From Paraspadella gotoi (taxonomy: Eukaryota > Animalia > Chaetognatha), in the NCBI GenBank assembly GCA_051294375.1, contig JBJCIZ010000957.1, positions 1-64,000 of the forward strand: DNA of 64,000 nucleotides, read 5' to 3'. Under the pieces are notes generated by a model. That model searched no databases. It was given only the letters and a program-made list of their open reading frames with translations, and was not told where the DNA came from. Below, one piece after another: positions 1 to 14,552 of this stretch (positions are counted from its first letter, which is position 1; the number at the start of each line of letters is the position of its first letter). A program made the translations under genes and the position numbers.

Positions 1-3000
1 TACAATGGTACGAGAAGTAGTGTTCACTACATCTTAGAAACTAGGGAAGAGCAGTGATTATGAGGCGCACATACTCCACTAACAACCGTACTCGCTGACG
101 TTACGACCCCTATTCCTTCAGGAGCTATATTTCTGATGGAGGCCATCATTTAGCCCCGCCGCCACGCAAGCTCGGCCTACTCGTTGATATTGAATGATTT
201 TTCAACAATCGCAGGCAAATCTTACCTGGCAGGCTTCAGAGTCAATACAGTCAATAATGCCTATTTCAAATTGATTGACGAACGCCCAGAACACACACAA
301 CTCAGATTATGACCCTTCGAAACCATGCACGGTGTAGAACCACACTTCACCGAGGTCCGCTCTTGTCCACTCCCAAGCACGGACGCACGGAGTGCCGAGC
401 TTGCACCTGACAACTCAAACAACCCAAAGAAGAAATTTGCGAAAAATGGAGGAAGCTGGGCATTATACGGAAGAGCAAGAGTGGCTTGGGCATCACCACT
501 CGCATGTGTGCAAAAAACTAAGGCTCACTCAGATGTTGCGGTGACTACAGGCCCTCAACGCAGTCACAAAAGACAACCGCGTACCCACATGCGTACGGCC
601 AAACCAGCAATTTGATGAGATAGTTCAAGACGCTACATGTGCGCACAGAACCAATTTTTTCATCAAAGTAAGACCTTGTAAGAGGTTACCATCAAGACCT
701 GTAGCCAGAGCCAGAGGATATTTGCAAAGGCATGAGCCGTCATAACTCCCTTTTTGGCTCGTGGGAAATTCCCTGTTTCACCGCCGTCATTGTCGGGAAT
801 CGCACTCTGGTCAAGAATAGCAGGTCCTGATTTTCAAAGGATGAGGACGAAGCCCTCAAAGATGTACCACACATCTTTGTATATACTAGATGACATCCTG
901 GTGCGCACTCAAAGCATGAAGAAAACACATGCAAGATCTCACACTAGTGTTTGACACCCTGCAAGCAAATGGTTTAGTAGTGAACAGGGCAAAATTGTAC
1001 TGGGCGTACCAATCACTCGGACTTTCTCGGTTACCAGGTAGACGCAACAGGCGTCGAGGCCATTGGACACAAAAAAGTTGAAACACTCAAAGCAATTCCC
1101 GCCCCCAGCCAACCATCAGTCCTCAAAGAGGTTCAAAGATACTTGGGCATGCTCAGCTACTACCGGCGTTTCATTCACAACATCGCCGAGAGTCGGTACA
1201 ATCACATTATACCAAAGCCTTAAAAGGCAACCCCTCGAGTCCTTAATGGACCGAGGAAATGACTCAAGCCTTCAACAAGTCGAAAGAAGCTCTAGCAAAC
1301 CGGCAACTATGCTTGTCCACCGAACAGCTTAGGAGCGGCAACGCCCCAGTCTGCCTGACCGTCGATGAGCAGGATCAACTGACGTCATCGGGTGCGTCCT
1401 GAGAGCAGAAGATTGGTGGTCAATGGCAACCTTGAGGCTTTTTCTCACTCCCAGGGGCACCGCTAGCGACAGAACCAGACAAAGTGGCCACCATTTTGGA
1501 CAACCTGGAACTGCCCTTGCCACACAAGCCGCACCCGCCGCTCGCGAAGATCCGGCACTTCAGGCCTTTGCCTGGAAGGGCGCTACTTTGTTTGTTCCCC
1601 TGACCAGAAACAGCCTATTCCCCATGCGCATACGCAATAAATCTGAGCCACATCAATGCGTCCCAACAAATCATTATCTGCCGCCCATCCTCCGAATACA
1701 CAACAGACATTCGATACAATGAGGGCAAGGCATACGTGGTAGTGGAGCACACTATCAAGAATCATCAGCCCAGCAAGCAGTGGCCCAGAACCTGAAGGAT
1801 CATCAGGACCCTTCAGAAATGCCCTCTTTGGGTCGCACGGTCAACCGCCCCCAGAAGAGTTGGCCCGCAAGGCGTCCCGATTTTTGCCGGCTTTAAGCCG
1901 GTGACCCAGAGTTCCGACGAGGAGATCCAGCGACTCCTGGCGGACGGCGCCACACCAGCCTGCGATTCAAGATAATATGCGCTGAACGACTTTGACATCA
2001 TCTGTGATGTCAGTTCAGGCAGGGCGCGCGCCTTGGTTCCCACACAACTTGGCGCCGTCGAGTTTATGATGCCATCCACAACCTAGCTGCACCGCGAGCG
2101 TCAGATGCACAAAAAAGCTGGTAACAAAGAGATTTGTTTGGCCACAAGCCGCGTCAGACGTGGCAAAATGGGCTCAGGCTTGCTCTTGACTGCCAGCGAG
2201 CAAGGTACAACGACACACCCAGGCTCCACTACAACTTTCGAAGCACCATCGAGGCGTTCGAACACATTCACATTGACTTGGTGGTCCCTTGCCACTCAGG
2301 CGGTTACACGTCACCTTTTCACCTGTGTAGACCGTTTTTCTCTGCTGGCCTGAAGCATATCCCCTTCGGGATATCTCCACAGTAACTGTAGCAACAGCCT
2401 TCCTTCAAGAACTGGATACGCCAGATTCGGTGTACCAGCCACGGTCACTTCCGACCGTGGAAACACAATTCACTTCTGAATTGTGGCTATCAGCTGAGCC
2501 AAGCTATAATAGGCTACAAGCTCAACACCACACCAGCTTACCACCCGCAGGCGAACGGGATGGTCGAACGGTTTCACCGTACCATGAAGGCATCATTGAA
2601 AGCGCGTTGTGATGCGTCCGGCGCAAATTGGTTCAATCAACTACCCTGGTCTTATTAGGACTCAGGTCCGCACCAAAAGAAGACCTACAAGCATCACCAG
2701 CAGAACTTGTATTCGGAGATACATAGCAGTCCCAGGCGAACTGGTAATGGTACACAGCCAACAAGAGCAAATGCCCAAAATGAGCTGCAAAACTTGAGAC
2801 ATGACGTTGCATTGTTGAGACCAGTAGTTCTAGTTGGCACTAACAACCACTGTTCATCTTCCTCGCAGTCTTGCCTCAGCAAACTGGGTTTTTGTGCTCC
2901 GCGGCCAACAGGGTCACTCGCTAGCTACGCCTACTTGGGCCCTTACAAACTAGTCTCAAGAGATGACAAGACCTTCACAGTGGACATCCCTGGCCGAGGA

Positions 3001-3030
3001 CAAGAGAGATCTCCATCGACAGGATCAAGC
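1..3030 (+). mobile_element. pol: Degenerate Ty3/gypsy (CsRn1-like) pol: protease end, RT, RNase H, integrase; heavily frameshifted, runs off window start
   Basis: Motifs across frames: VLADVTTPI.GA.FL (~90-135), WASPL..V.K and CGDYR.LNAVT (~487-570), YILDDILV (~880-903), FEHIHIDLV (~2256-2283), TSDRG.QFTSELW and HTTAYHPQANGMVERFHR (~2445-2580), GPY motif YLGPYKLV (~2932-2955). No LTR seen at the 3' end. Confidence 0.9.
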
Positions 3031-3240
3031 CAGCAAAAGAAAGAAAAAGAAAAGAAAAAGAAAGAGAAAGAGAGAGAGAAAGAAAGAGAGAGAGAAAGAA
3101 AGAGAATAAATCCACGAAAATCTCGGATGTAAATTTGGGATTTTGCATGTGAAAAAATCGCGGAATAAATGGCGATAATAAAAGTTTTTAAAAGGAAAAA
3201 ATTAATCAAAATTTTTCAAAAAACGATCACGCAGAGAGAT

Positions 3241-3279
<39 letters not shown>

Positions 3280-4319
3280 GACAGAGAGAGACAGAAAGAG
3301 AAAGAGAGAGACAGACAGAGACAGAGAGAGAAAGCTGGACTGCCGCTGGAAGCAGCTAAACAGAGCCTCAACTCGTTTTTAAAGGGTTCAGAAAAGGCAG
3401 CAACTGAACAAAATAGGATTTTTTATTTTTTTTTATTTAATACCAAAAACAGTGTTCCACAATCATAAACAGTAACGGTGTAAAAGACTGGAAAACTAAC
3501 CTACGTATTGAAATTCATAAAAACAAAAGATACTAACGTTTAAAAGAACTGAAAAACAAGTAAAAACTAACTACATATTGAAATTCATAAAAAACAAAAG
3601 ACACTAACGTTTAAAATCATTAATAAATGTTATGAACTAATTCATAAGAAACTATAAAAAAATTAAAAACAATAACAAAAAAAAAATAAAAAAAAAGAAC
3701 ACTTAACGTTTAAAATGATTAATAAATGTTATGAACTAATTCATAAGAAACTATAAAAAAATAACGTTCAAGAAACATTCAAGGATCAAATATAAAAAAT
3801 CATAAAACCGGAAAAAGTAAAAAACGAAAAATGTCAACAATAAAGGAAGCAAAGCAAAGCAAAGTAAAAAACGAAAATGTCAAGTATAAAAAGGAAGCAA
3901 CATAAATGAAGTGTTTAATGCGTTTATTTTTCATATTTTATTTTTATTTTTCAATAATACTTAATGCTTAGTGTATAACATATATGTCGCGGTGCACAGT
4001 CTCGTGGAAAAGTTTATTCACGCTATTCTCATGCATTTTTTTACCTTGTGACCAAAATTTTTGCTTCTGTCTGATTACTAACATATGCCTTATATTCGAA
4101 CGAACATAGGCCTCTTTTTACCATGACTGTTTTTCATCAGTAAGATCGCAAAGATAATCAAAATATGTAAAAAATCAGGCTAAAAGTAGCTTAAAACGGT
4201 GACAAAATTTCTTACCATCGTTATTGTAATTGATCTGGGTTAAACTTGTTCATTAAAAAAAATTAATTCAAACTCAATTTACTACTAGAGATCAAGAGCT
4301 ATCTTTTAAACCTATTATT

Positions 4320-4471
4320 TTAGTCGGATCTGCTTTATCAGCAGATCCCGACTCTATAACTCACTTTTTCGGTCCGTCGGTCCGCCCCCTCAATATTGTC
4401 GGGCACACACTTATATCATAGTCAGAACATCGAATTATGATAAATTATGCAAAAAATGATGTCCGTTCCTC

Positions 4472-4506
<35 letters not shown>

Positions 4507-5138
4507 CGTCCGTCCGTCCGTCCGTCCGTCCGTCGTCCGTCCGTCCCTCCGTCCGTCCGTCCGTCCGTCCCGTCGTCCGTCCGCGTCCGTCCCTCCGTCC
4601 GCACCTTAGCAAAAACTCCAATTACCCGTGATTGGATGGATGGATTGGTATGAAATTTTGTGTGTGGGTAGGAAACTGTGTGATTGAGATGGATATGAAG
4701 TTTCGAGGGAATCGTGCGAGTGGAAATTGGTTTAAATGGAAAAAACAAAAAAATATATTTCACTATTTGCACGCCAATTGCTCATGAGTGGATAGTGCAA
4801 TTGACTTGAAATTTTGTATGATGGTAGGAAAGTGTGTGATTGAGCCGGATATAAGTTTCGATGAAATCGTGGCGAGTGGAAATGAGTTAAAATGGAAAAA
4901 ACAAAAGTCATATTTACTTGAAGTATTTTTACTTTAAATTTACTCATAATTATTTTGTTTTATTAAAAATTGGATAGATAAATCGAAATTGATTTTTGTG
5001 TGTGGGTAGGAAAGTATGTGATAAAAGCTGGAATAAAAATTTTTTGATGGAATCGTAGGAGTGGAAAAGAGTTCAAATTAGAAACCAAAAGACACATTTA
5101 TTTGAATTTTTTTAAAAGTTTTCTCTCTCTCTCTTCTC

Positions 5139-5169
<31 letters not shown>

Positions 5170-6326
5170 CCAAATTATGCTAATTGACCAAATTATGCCA
5201 GTTGACCAATTCTGCAAGTTAATCAAGTTTTGCAAGTTGACCAAATTATGCCTGTTGACCAATTAGGCTAGTTGATAAAATTATGCCAGTTAAACCAAAT
5301 TATGCCGGTTGACCAAAATTATCTTAATTGATCAAATTTATGTCAGTTGAACCAAATTATGTCAGTGACCAAATTATGTCAGTAGACCAATTATGTCAGT
5401 TAACCAAATTATGTCAGTTACCAAATTATGACAAATTAATGCAAGTTGATTAATTATGCAAGTTGACCAAGATAGCTTATTACCACTTAATTAATCGATT
5501 GACCTGGAATTTTGTATGTGAGTAGAAAAGTGTGTGATTGAACAGGAAACCAAGTTTCGATGGAATCTTTTGAGTGGAAATGAGTTTAAATGGAAAAACA
5601 AAAAACCTGTTTCACTAATTGATTATGCTTCTTTTTTCCTTTATATTAAATGTATATGCAGGATGTATTAATAAGTCAAATAATTAATCAGTTAATTAAA
5701 TCAATTGTCAATCATTAATTAATCAATAATTAATTAATCAGTCAATCAATCCGTCCATCCGTTCCCACCTTAGCAAAAAGCTCCAATAACTCGTGGATTG
5801 GCTGGTTGGATTGAAATGAAATTTTGTGTGTGGGTAGGAAAGTGTGTGAATAAAGCTGGATATAAAGTTTCGACGGAATCGTGTGAGTGGAAATGAGTTT
5901 AAGTGGAAAAAACATAAGTCGCATTTACTAAAATCTTTTTACTTTTTTTAACCAATAAAGTACTTACTAATTAAATCATAATTGGATGATAGATTTGAGT
6001 TCAAATTTTTGTGTGGGTGAAAAATGTGTATCGATGCTTGATATTAAAGTTTCGGGTGGAAACGTACGAGTGGAATGAGTTTAAATGAAAAAAAATATGA
6101 GTCACATTTACTTGAATCTTTTTACTTATTTTAACCCATAATAGATTGAGATGAAATTTTGTGAGCGGGTAGGAAAGTGTGTGAAAAAGCTAGATATAAA
6201 GTTTTGACGGAAATTGTGCCAGTGGAAATGAGTTTAAATGAAAAAAAAAAAAAAGTCACATTTACTTGAAGCAGAAAAATGATACAAGTTAAAAAAATCC
6301 TAAAAGCATAAGGATCGTCGCAATTG

Positions 6327-6381
<55 letters not shown>

Positions 6382-7275
6382 CAGTAAAATGAGCATAAGG
6401 ATCGTCGCAATTTCAAAGAGAGAGAGAGAGAGAGAGAGAGAAGAGAAGAGAGAGAGAGAGAAAGATAGAAGAAGAGAGAGTCCGAGATAAAAATTAGCGA
6501 ATAAAAAGTTGTTATTTTACTCACTGAATAAAAATACTTAAAATACTTACAAAATACATAAAATTGATAAATTATTATTCCGATAACATTGTTTAATCAC
6601 ATGCAATATATCTAGTAAGGCCTAATATCTAGTAAGGCGGGCCAAAATTGAACACTTTTAATAACTTCTAGTTCTCTTTAAATTTTTTTTTCCTTTTACT
6701 ATACTATCGATTTTCAATATAACTTTTTGAATTAGTTCATTGGGTTGTTGCACTGAAGCTTTTAAATATTTATTAATATATAATAATATATAAAGTATTG
6801 ACGGAATTGTGCCAGGGAAAATGGTTTAGATGGAAAAAACATAAGTCACATTTACTTGAATCTTTAATATTAATGATTACTAATAAATGTTTTAATTAAT
6901 TAATGAATTAATTAATTAATTAATGTGAAAAAATGATGCAAGTTTAAAAAAATCTGAAAAGCATAAAAGATCGTCGCAATTGCAGAAAAAGAGAGAGAGA
7001 GAGAGAGAGAAGAGAGAGAGAGTGAGTGAGAGAGAGGAGAGAAGGAGACATAAAATAAAAAGAGGATATTTGTTTGTTTTGATAAAATGTAAACAAAACA
7101 TATTTAATAACTGTCCTAACCAATTTTAAGGACATCGATGATGATAAGTTGAATATAAATTTAAAATTAATTATTACATATTAAAATTAATTAATTAATT
7201 AATTAATTAATCGATTAAATTAATTAATTAATTAATTATGTAGGCAGATCCGACATTGTTTGCTCAAACTTGTTT
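4320..7275 (+). mobile_element. Helentron-associated non-autonomous element (HINE/DINE-1-like), family A, full length
   Basis: 5' hairpin AGTCGGATCTGCT-ttatc-AGCAGATCCCGACT, (GTCY)n microsatellite 4470-4600, internal ~120-bp repeats and an 18-bp minisatellite (5170-5470), 3' subterminal inverted repeat GCAGATCCGAC followed by hairpin GTTTG-ct-CAAAC and T-rich flanks. Confidence 0.75.
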
Positions 7276-7344
7276 CATTATTGATTAATTAATTGATTAA
7301 TTAACTGATTATTTATTTGATTAATTAATATATCTTGTATTTTA

Positions 7345-8065
7345 AATTGGATCTGCCCACAGTCATTATTGGTAATTAATTAATTAATTAATAATTAATT
7401 AATTAATTAAAGTTAATTAATTATTTAATTAAATAATTATTTAAGTTAATTATTTAATTAATTAGGCAAATAATTAATTTTATACAAAATGTTTGTTTTG
7501 ATTGATTAATTGACTGATTAATTAATTATTGATAAATTAATTGACTAATTGATTAATTAACTGATTAATTATTTTATTAATTAATACATCTTGCATTTAC
7601 ATTTAAAAAAAAAGAAACATAATCAATTAGTGAAACAGGTTCTTTTTTTTTCCATTTAAACTCATTTCCACTCAAACGATTCCATCGAAACTTGATTAAT
7701 CGCCCCATCCACTCATGAGTAATTGGTGTTCAAATAGTGAAATAATTTTTTTTGTTTTTTCCATATAAACTCATTTCCACTTGGACGATTCCATCGAAAC
7801 TTCATATCCAGCTCAAGCACACACTTCCCTACCCAAACACAAAATATCATTCCAATCCATCCATCCAATCACGAGTAATTGGTATTTTTTGCTAAGGTGG
7901 GACGGACGGACGGACGGACGGACATCGTTTTTTTTTTTGGATAATTTATCATAATTCGATGTTCTGACATGATATAAGTGAATGCTCTTCAAGGTTGAGC
8001 GGGCGGACCGACGGACCGACAAAGTGAATTATAGAGTCGGGATCTGCTGAAAGCAGATCAGACGA
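7345..8065 (-). mobile_element. HINE family A, shorter copy
   Basis: 5' hairpin AGTCGGGATCTGCTgaaAGCAGATC at 8035-8065, (GACG)n tract, same ~120-bp unit, partial 3' subTIR at ~7345. Confidence 0.7.
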
Positions 8066-9939
8066 AAAATAAAAACTGATAAAAACTGATCAGCAGACGC
8101 AGAACCTGAAAAAAAAAGAGAGAAAGAAAGAGAGAGAGAGAGTGAGACAGAGAGAGAGAGGGAGAAAGCGCCAGCAGCAGAGGCAGCCAGAAAAAAAGAA
8201 AGAAATCAAAAGGCAGCAGCAGAAGCAGCAGGAGAAAAGAGAGAAAAAGAAAGAGCCCCTGCAGAGCCAGCTGCAGATACGTTTTTTTTCCGATGAATCA
8301 GCACTGGGGAAAAGAGAGAGAGAGATAGCTAATATATAATTAATATATAATATATAATATAATATATAATAATATATATTATATATAATATATTATAATA
8401 TTATATATTATATATTATATAATTATATTATTATTATTATTATTATTATTATATTATATATATTATATAATAATATTATAATATATTATAATATATATTA
8501 TATATAATATATATAATTAAAAGAGAATAGAGAGAGAGGAGACATTAAAATAAAATAAGGAAATTTGTTTATTTTGATAAAATGTAAACAAAACATATTT
8601 AATAACTGTCCTCACCCAATTTCAAGGACCTCGATGATGAGAAGCTGTATATATACAACAACAACGACGACGACGCCATTTATGTGCGAAACCACAGCAA
8701 AATCATTGTAAACGCAGAGCGATTGCGACGATAAAAATAAAAATTAAATTAATAAACTAAAATTGATCTTTACTTTTTTTAATTAAACCTACTTCCACTA
8801 GCCTGATTCCGTTGAAACTTGAATTCCAGCTCAATGAACTAGTTTTTTAATCACCGTCAAAATTTCAACTCAATTGATTTATCCAAACATAAATAATAAG
8901 GCTTTAAAGATACGGGAGAAAAGATGGACAGACAGACAGATGGACAGACAAATGTTTAAAGTGTTTGATATCAAACGACAGCTTAAACAAAGGAGATTCT
9001 GACTGCATTGTTTTTTAAGAGATATGTTGTTCACACATTATACAATAAACCAATCTTCTTTTTAGTTTGAATTCTGACGGCATTTATGTATTTAACTGTA
9101 TCTTGAGAGCATTAAAAGATTTTGCATTAATTTTTATACATAACATTCACGGAGTAATGACCTAGGATGAGAAACAATAAAATGAAAAAATCAATAATGA
9201 AATTTTTTTTAAACTACATAGTTTATTCTACGAGACTGTACATCGCGTCATATCCAAAAATGTATAATTATAATGTGTTAAAGTAAAGGGCAGAGGGACC
9301 ACAATGCTATTTATAGTAATAAAAAACTACAATCAATATATATATATATACACATATATATGTATATAAAATATAAAAATAATAAAAATATAAAATAGGA
9401 AAAAAATCTATATATAATTTAAAGAAATAAAAGAAAGGAAAAAAAATGTTACAATTGTTTACAATTGAAAATTTTGACAATTTTTTCCAATCATAGCTTG
9501 TAAAAGATTTTAATTTTATTTGTATTAAAATTAAGATATAGCTTCTCATTAAAAAGGTCTTTAGATTTCACATGTTTTTTATTGATTCAAAGATTTGTTT
9601 ATGAATTTCATCTTCAAAATTATTTACTGCAATATGTAAATTAGATTAAAGCATTTCTATATACTAATTTGGATATTATAATGAGTACTATAATCTCATT
9701 TGCATATTGCAGTAAATCATAATGAAGTGGAAATCAAACAAAAAATACTGGAATCCAAATGTATTATGAAAATTTCAGAGCTATTTCAAGATGAGAAGCC
9801 ATATCTAAATTTTTAACATACTATGATCGCACACTTTTATAAAACTTTATTCTAATTTATAATAATTTTTATTTAAAAAAAACGGTAAGTCCCAGCCAAA
9901 ACTATAAAAGCGTAGTAGTTTTTATATAAAAATACGTGA

Positions 9940-10010
9940 CGCCGACGCCGACGACGACGACGACGTCACAAAGAAGCTCACCCGAATCAATATCGGTAGG
10001 CTCGATAAAA
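9940..10010 (-). mobile_element. 5' terminus of another HINE-like family
   Basis: Minus strand reads TTTTATCGAGCCTACCGAtattgatTCGGGTGAGCT (hairpin) followed by (GTC)n, the same layout as family A; other end not located. Confidence 0.4.
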
Positions 10011-11932
10011 AAGTAACTGAGAGATTGTTTCATAATAACAAAGGTAACAACATTGAAACTATAAACAGAACGTTTTTATTGCGACGAGGAAAAAAATTTA
10101 TTGGAAGTCTGGAGGAAATATTCAGACAAACCGGTCAAGCACATTTTCGTGGAACGTACGACGACTGGAGTAAAAAGGAGAAGTAATAAAGCCGTTTGTA
10201 CTTGGTACGGTAAATAGTTTTTATTGTATCAGGTGATTGAATGAAAAATTGGAAAAAGAATAACCAAAAAATTGACTGAGCGTCGCTTGAGAAGTGGTGT
10301 GGACCATTTTTCCCTCTCCACTAGATTGGTCGACGACATATAGAGGTGAAAAAAAACCAAGTGGACTCACGAAGCATTTACCAACCCAACGTTCAAACAA
10401 ACCGTCGCTGCTCTTCTCTCTTTTTTTCCCCCCAATTCCGGCCTTTTTGGGACCCTCAACGCTTCCACCATCCTTCCACTCATCCCCAACCCCCTTCCAC
10501 CCTCCTCTCAATTCCCTTCCACGGTTCCACCACTTTTTAACTCCCCTTCCACTCCCCGAAGACCCCCCTAAGACACACTTCTAACATACCACTCTCTCTT
10601 CCTCTTTTTCATCGTCTCGTTTTGTTTTGTTTTATCGCCCGAATTTGGATTGCCTCTTCGACAATAACGATAACAACAATCGCAATAACCGGCCTAATGA
10701 GAGTCGCTTTTTAGATCATAAATCCCAATTTGTTTCCAATTCACTCGATAAGCGCCCCATTTCAAGTTAAGTTCAGAATTAAATTAGTTTCCATGTTTAA
10801 AATATTAAAAATTTAAAAGTTAAGGATTATGGAAAGGGATTAAGATTCCGGATTAGGATTAGGATTTAAGGTTAGGGATTGAGGATTAAGGATTGGTTCA
10901 TGGATTTGATAAAAGATTGAGGTTAGATAATAGATATTATAGTATTACGGAGCGTAATTGGGCCCTTTCGGAAAATAGTGCCACAACTCTTTTTTTTAAC
11001 TTTTCAACAACCCCTCCTTTTCAACATCCTCTCCTTTTCAACACCCCACTCCCCATCTGTCTCACCTTGACGACCAGTTCATGGCACTCGATGGATGCAG
11101 AAACGTGAGCGACATCGCGTCTCTACTTCCGGCGTCGTGAGCCTCCGCCGCCGGCGCCGCATGACGCGTGTCGGCGCCGCCGTTCGCCCCGGTGTTGGCG
11201 AAAGAATCGCCGGAGGGGGGCGTCTCGACAATGGAGAGGAGGGCGCGCTCGTCGGAACCTGGGAAAAAGAAGGGGGGCAGTTGGGGGGCGGGATGGGGAT
11301 TGGGGAGAGGTGTAAGTGGATGAGAGAAAAAGAAAAAACGGAGAAATAAACGGACTAGAAGACAGACACTTTTCTAATTATCGAGTTTTCTGATTGAAGA
11401 TTAAACTCCGTCAGGTTTCTGCTTTCTTTTCCATGACGGCATTTAACTTATCTTATTACTTACATAAAAAAAACTCGTTACCACCTCAAATTCGTGTCAG
11501 CTTTTAAGAAAAGCTCCTTTCCCGTCTACGTCACCCTAACTCTCCAACACACGTTTTAAAAATGGGGGAAAGAAAAATCTTTACTCCTGAGAAAAAAAAT
11601 TCCCTCAAAGCAATTTTGACGGGTGACCTCTGGAATGACCTCGAGTATTTTCGTTTCGTTCTCGAAGGTTTTATGTTTTCTTTGCTCGACAAAGGCACGG
11701 AGGTTTGTTATTTGTTATTACTCGTTGTTAATTATATTTACATTCTTATGATTAATGATAATGATATAGTAAAGAGTTCAAAACAATTAATTACGCTACG
11801 TAATTTCGTTGGAAAGCCAATCTTTTAAACGTATTCTTCTTAATTTTTAAATTTCGGCGCCCTACCACGAAAATCTGCTTCTCCGAAAAATATTTTAGAT
11901 TTTAAATTGAAATTGAAAAAACGGCGCCTAAT

Positions 11933-12810
11933 AAAACAAGTTTGAGCAAACAATGTCGGATCTGCCCACGATCATTATCGTTAATTAAATAATTAATAAT
12001 TAATTAATTAATAAATAATTCAAGTTAATTAATTAATTAGTCAATTAAATAAGCGGCTGTCTAACTTTCTCTCTCTCTGTCTCTCTCTCTCTCTGTCTCT
12101 CTCTCTCTTTCTGTGTCTCTCTCTCTCTGTCTCTCTCTCTGACTATCTCTGTCTCTCTCTGTCCGATCTCTTGTCCGTCTCTCTTTCTCTCTCTCTCTCA
12201 CTCATACACACGTTTGTTTGTTGGTCAGATTAGCTTATCAGCAGATTCCGACTCTATAATTCACTTTGTCGGTCCGTCGGTCCCACCCCAATATATTGTC
12301 GGTAAATCTTTATTATTATATCAGAACCGCGAATTATGATAAATTATGCTAAAAAAATAATGTCCGTCCGTCCGTCTGTCCGTCCCCCCTTAGCAAAAAA
12401 CTCCAATTACTCGTGATTGGATGGATGGATTGGTATGAAAATTTGTGTGTGGGAAGGAAACTGTGTGATTGAGAGGGATATGAAGTTTCGATGGAATCGT
12501 GCGAGTGGAAATTGGTTTAAATGGAAAAAACAAAAACATCTATTTCACTATTTGAACGCCAATTGCTCATGAGTGGATAGGGCAATTGACTTGAAATTGT
12601 GTATAATGGTAGGAAAGTGTGTGATTGAGCTGGATATAAAGTTTCGATGGAATCGTGCGAGTGGAAATGATTTAAAATGGAAAAAACAGAAGTCATATTT
12701 ACTTGAAATATTTTTACTTAAATCAGAATTTTTCAAAAAACGAACGATCACGCAAGAGATCGTACAGAGAGAGACAGACACACACACAAAGAGAGAGAGA
12801 CAGACAGAGT
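11933..12810. mobile_element. HINE family A fragments (3' end on minus strand, then 5' part on plus strand)
   Basis: AAACAAGTTTGAGCAAACAATGTCGGATCTGCC at 11934; 5' hairpin, (GTCC)n and 120-bp units from ~12225. Confidence 0.7.
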
Positions 12811-14509
12811 GTAGAAAATGTTTATTATTTTCTATGCCACGAGGGTCGCGCGTTCGATTCGTCGGCTGTAGGTTAAACTGGCTTTAACATAGAGCAGGCA
12901 GTGTCTACGAAACGCCTTTCTTAAACCATTAATTTCTAACTGTAAAAATTACTACTTTTTAATGTTTTGTTTAATTCTTCAGGTCATTCTTAACTTTAAA
13001 AATCGGTTTGGAATAGTTATCTCTCTATCATAAAGCACAACGCGATGTTGCTTATTCTAGGACCGAAATCGAGTGTTTTTATATCTATTTTTTATCTGAA
13101 TTTTTCCCAGGGGCGTTGATTTTAACGAAAATCTCCATTGAAAAAGTCTTCCTTGATTTCTTAATTTATTCCCAAATTTACATCCGAGATTTTCGTGGAT
13201 TTTTTTCCCTAAAAATTTTAAATATCAATCAGAATAATATTTTTTTAAATATATATTTATTTCACATTGTCTTTTGTCTGGGAATGTTGACAGTGTTTAG
13301 AGAGGTCGCATTCGATCAAACTGCTCGCTTATGCAGGCTAAAAGTAAAACAAAAGTACCTTCAATAATATCTTTCCAGATTTAGCACTTGCTAAAAATTA
13401 AACTAACAAATAAGTTATTTTATTGTTTTATATTTATTATTCTTTATTTTATTTATTTTTTTATTTTATTTTTTTTTCTTAAATTTTATTTTTATTTTCT
13501 TTATTTTTCTCAAAATTGATTTTTTTAGTATCAAAATTTGTCGTCAATCCAGATTTTTCTTATGCGATTGCGACGATCCTTATGCTTTTAAGATTTTTTT
13601 CTTCGTTTATTTTTTGCGTCGTTGTCGTCCGTCGTAGTAATGTCGTCTACCGACTCGTTTATTTTCGTTTGGCTCAAACGAGGGAAAAAAAACCCCGGGT
13701 GATACTCGACCAACTACGCTTAGGTTTAATGAAACATCGCTTAAAGAAGCAGGAATACTTAACAGTTAACACTTTATTATTCCAAAAAATGTTTTCGTCA
13801 TCAAACATTTATTTAAGTTTCTAATGCGCTCAAAGATTTTTTTCACTGAGTAAATATATATATATATATAAATAATTATATATATATCCTCTGTTTTTTT
13901 ATTTTTTATCTTTTTTTTTTTGGTTTCAATAAAAACGGTTTTTAAAACCCCTTTTTGCCTTCCCGAGTCCTGTATATCAGTTTTCAAATAATCGATTATG
14001 GATAATATAATTTTTGCGCTTAGTCATAAAAAAAGGAAACACCAAAAGTTTTAAATAGTAATTTTTTCTAGGTCGAGGAGGAAGAGGAGGAGAAAGATGA
14101 GGAAGAAAAGGAGAAGGAGGAGAAGAGGATGATGGAAGAGAGGCATTGAAAGAAGCAAAAAATACATGATTTCCGGTGGATTTTCATAAATATTCACATG
14201 AAAACCGAATCGAACCAAAAACGCTATCAACGGCGACGTAAATAGCAACCCCCCAAAAAAAATCGCCATTTAAACGCCGTCGGAACGCAGCTGGCGATTT
14301 GGCGCGACGCGTGATATTGCCTCAACGTTTTCTACCCTATTTTTTTAAAACCCCAACTCCGGGGATAATATAAAATTTCGACTATTAGAAAAGTTATTTT
14401 AGTTGTCTTGAATAAATATTTAAGCAATCATTTTCAAAAAAAATCTATATTATACGTCTTGATTAATACATATTTTCGTATACGTATTTTCACAAAACAA
14501 TTTTTCTAT

Positions 14510-14552
14510 GACGCTGAAGAAGGCTTGTAACTAAAGCCGAAACATGTACGTC
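14510..14552 (+). ncRNA. Minimal type I hammerhead ribozyme in a Penelope pLTR remnant
   Basis: GACG-CTGAAGA-a-GGCTT gtaacta AAGCC-GAAA-catGTA-CGTC: stem I GACG/CGTC, stem II, palindromic ACATGT stem III, GUA site. Confidence 0.85.

Noticed and set aside
14071-14147. Possible acidic terminal exon VEEEEEEKDEEEKEK
   Set aside because: Low complexity; no convincing upstream exons or domain.
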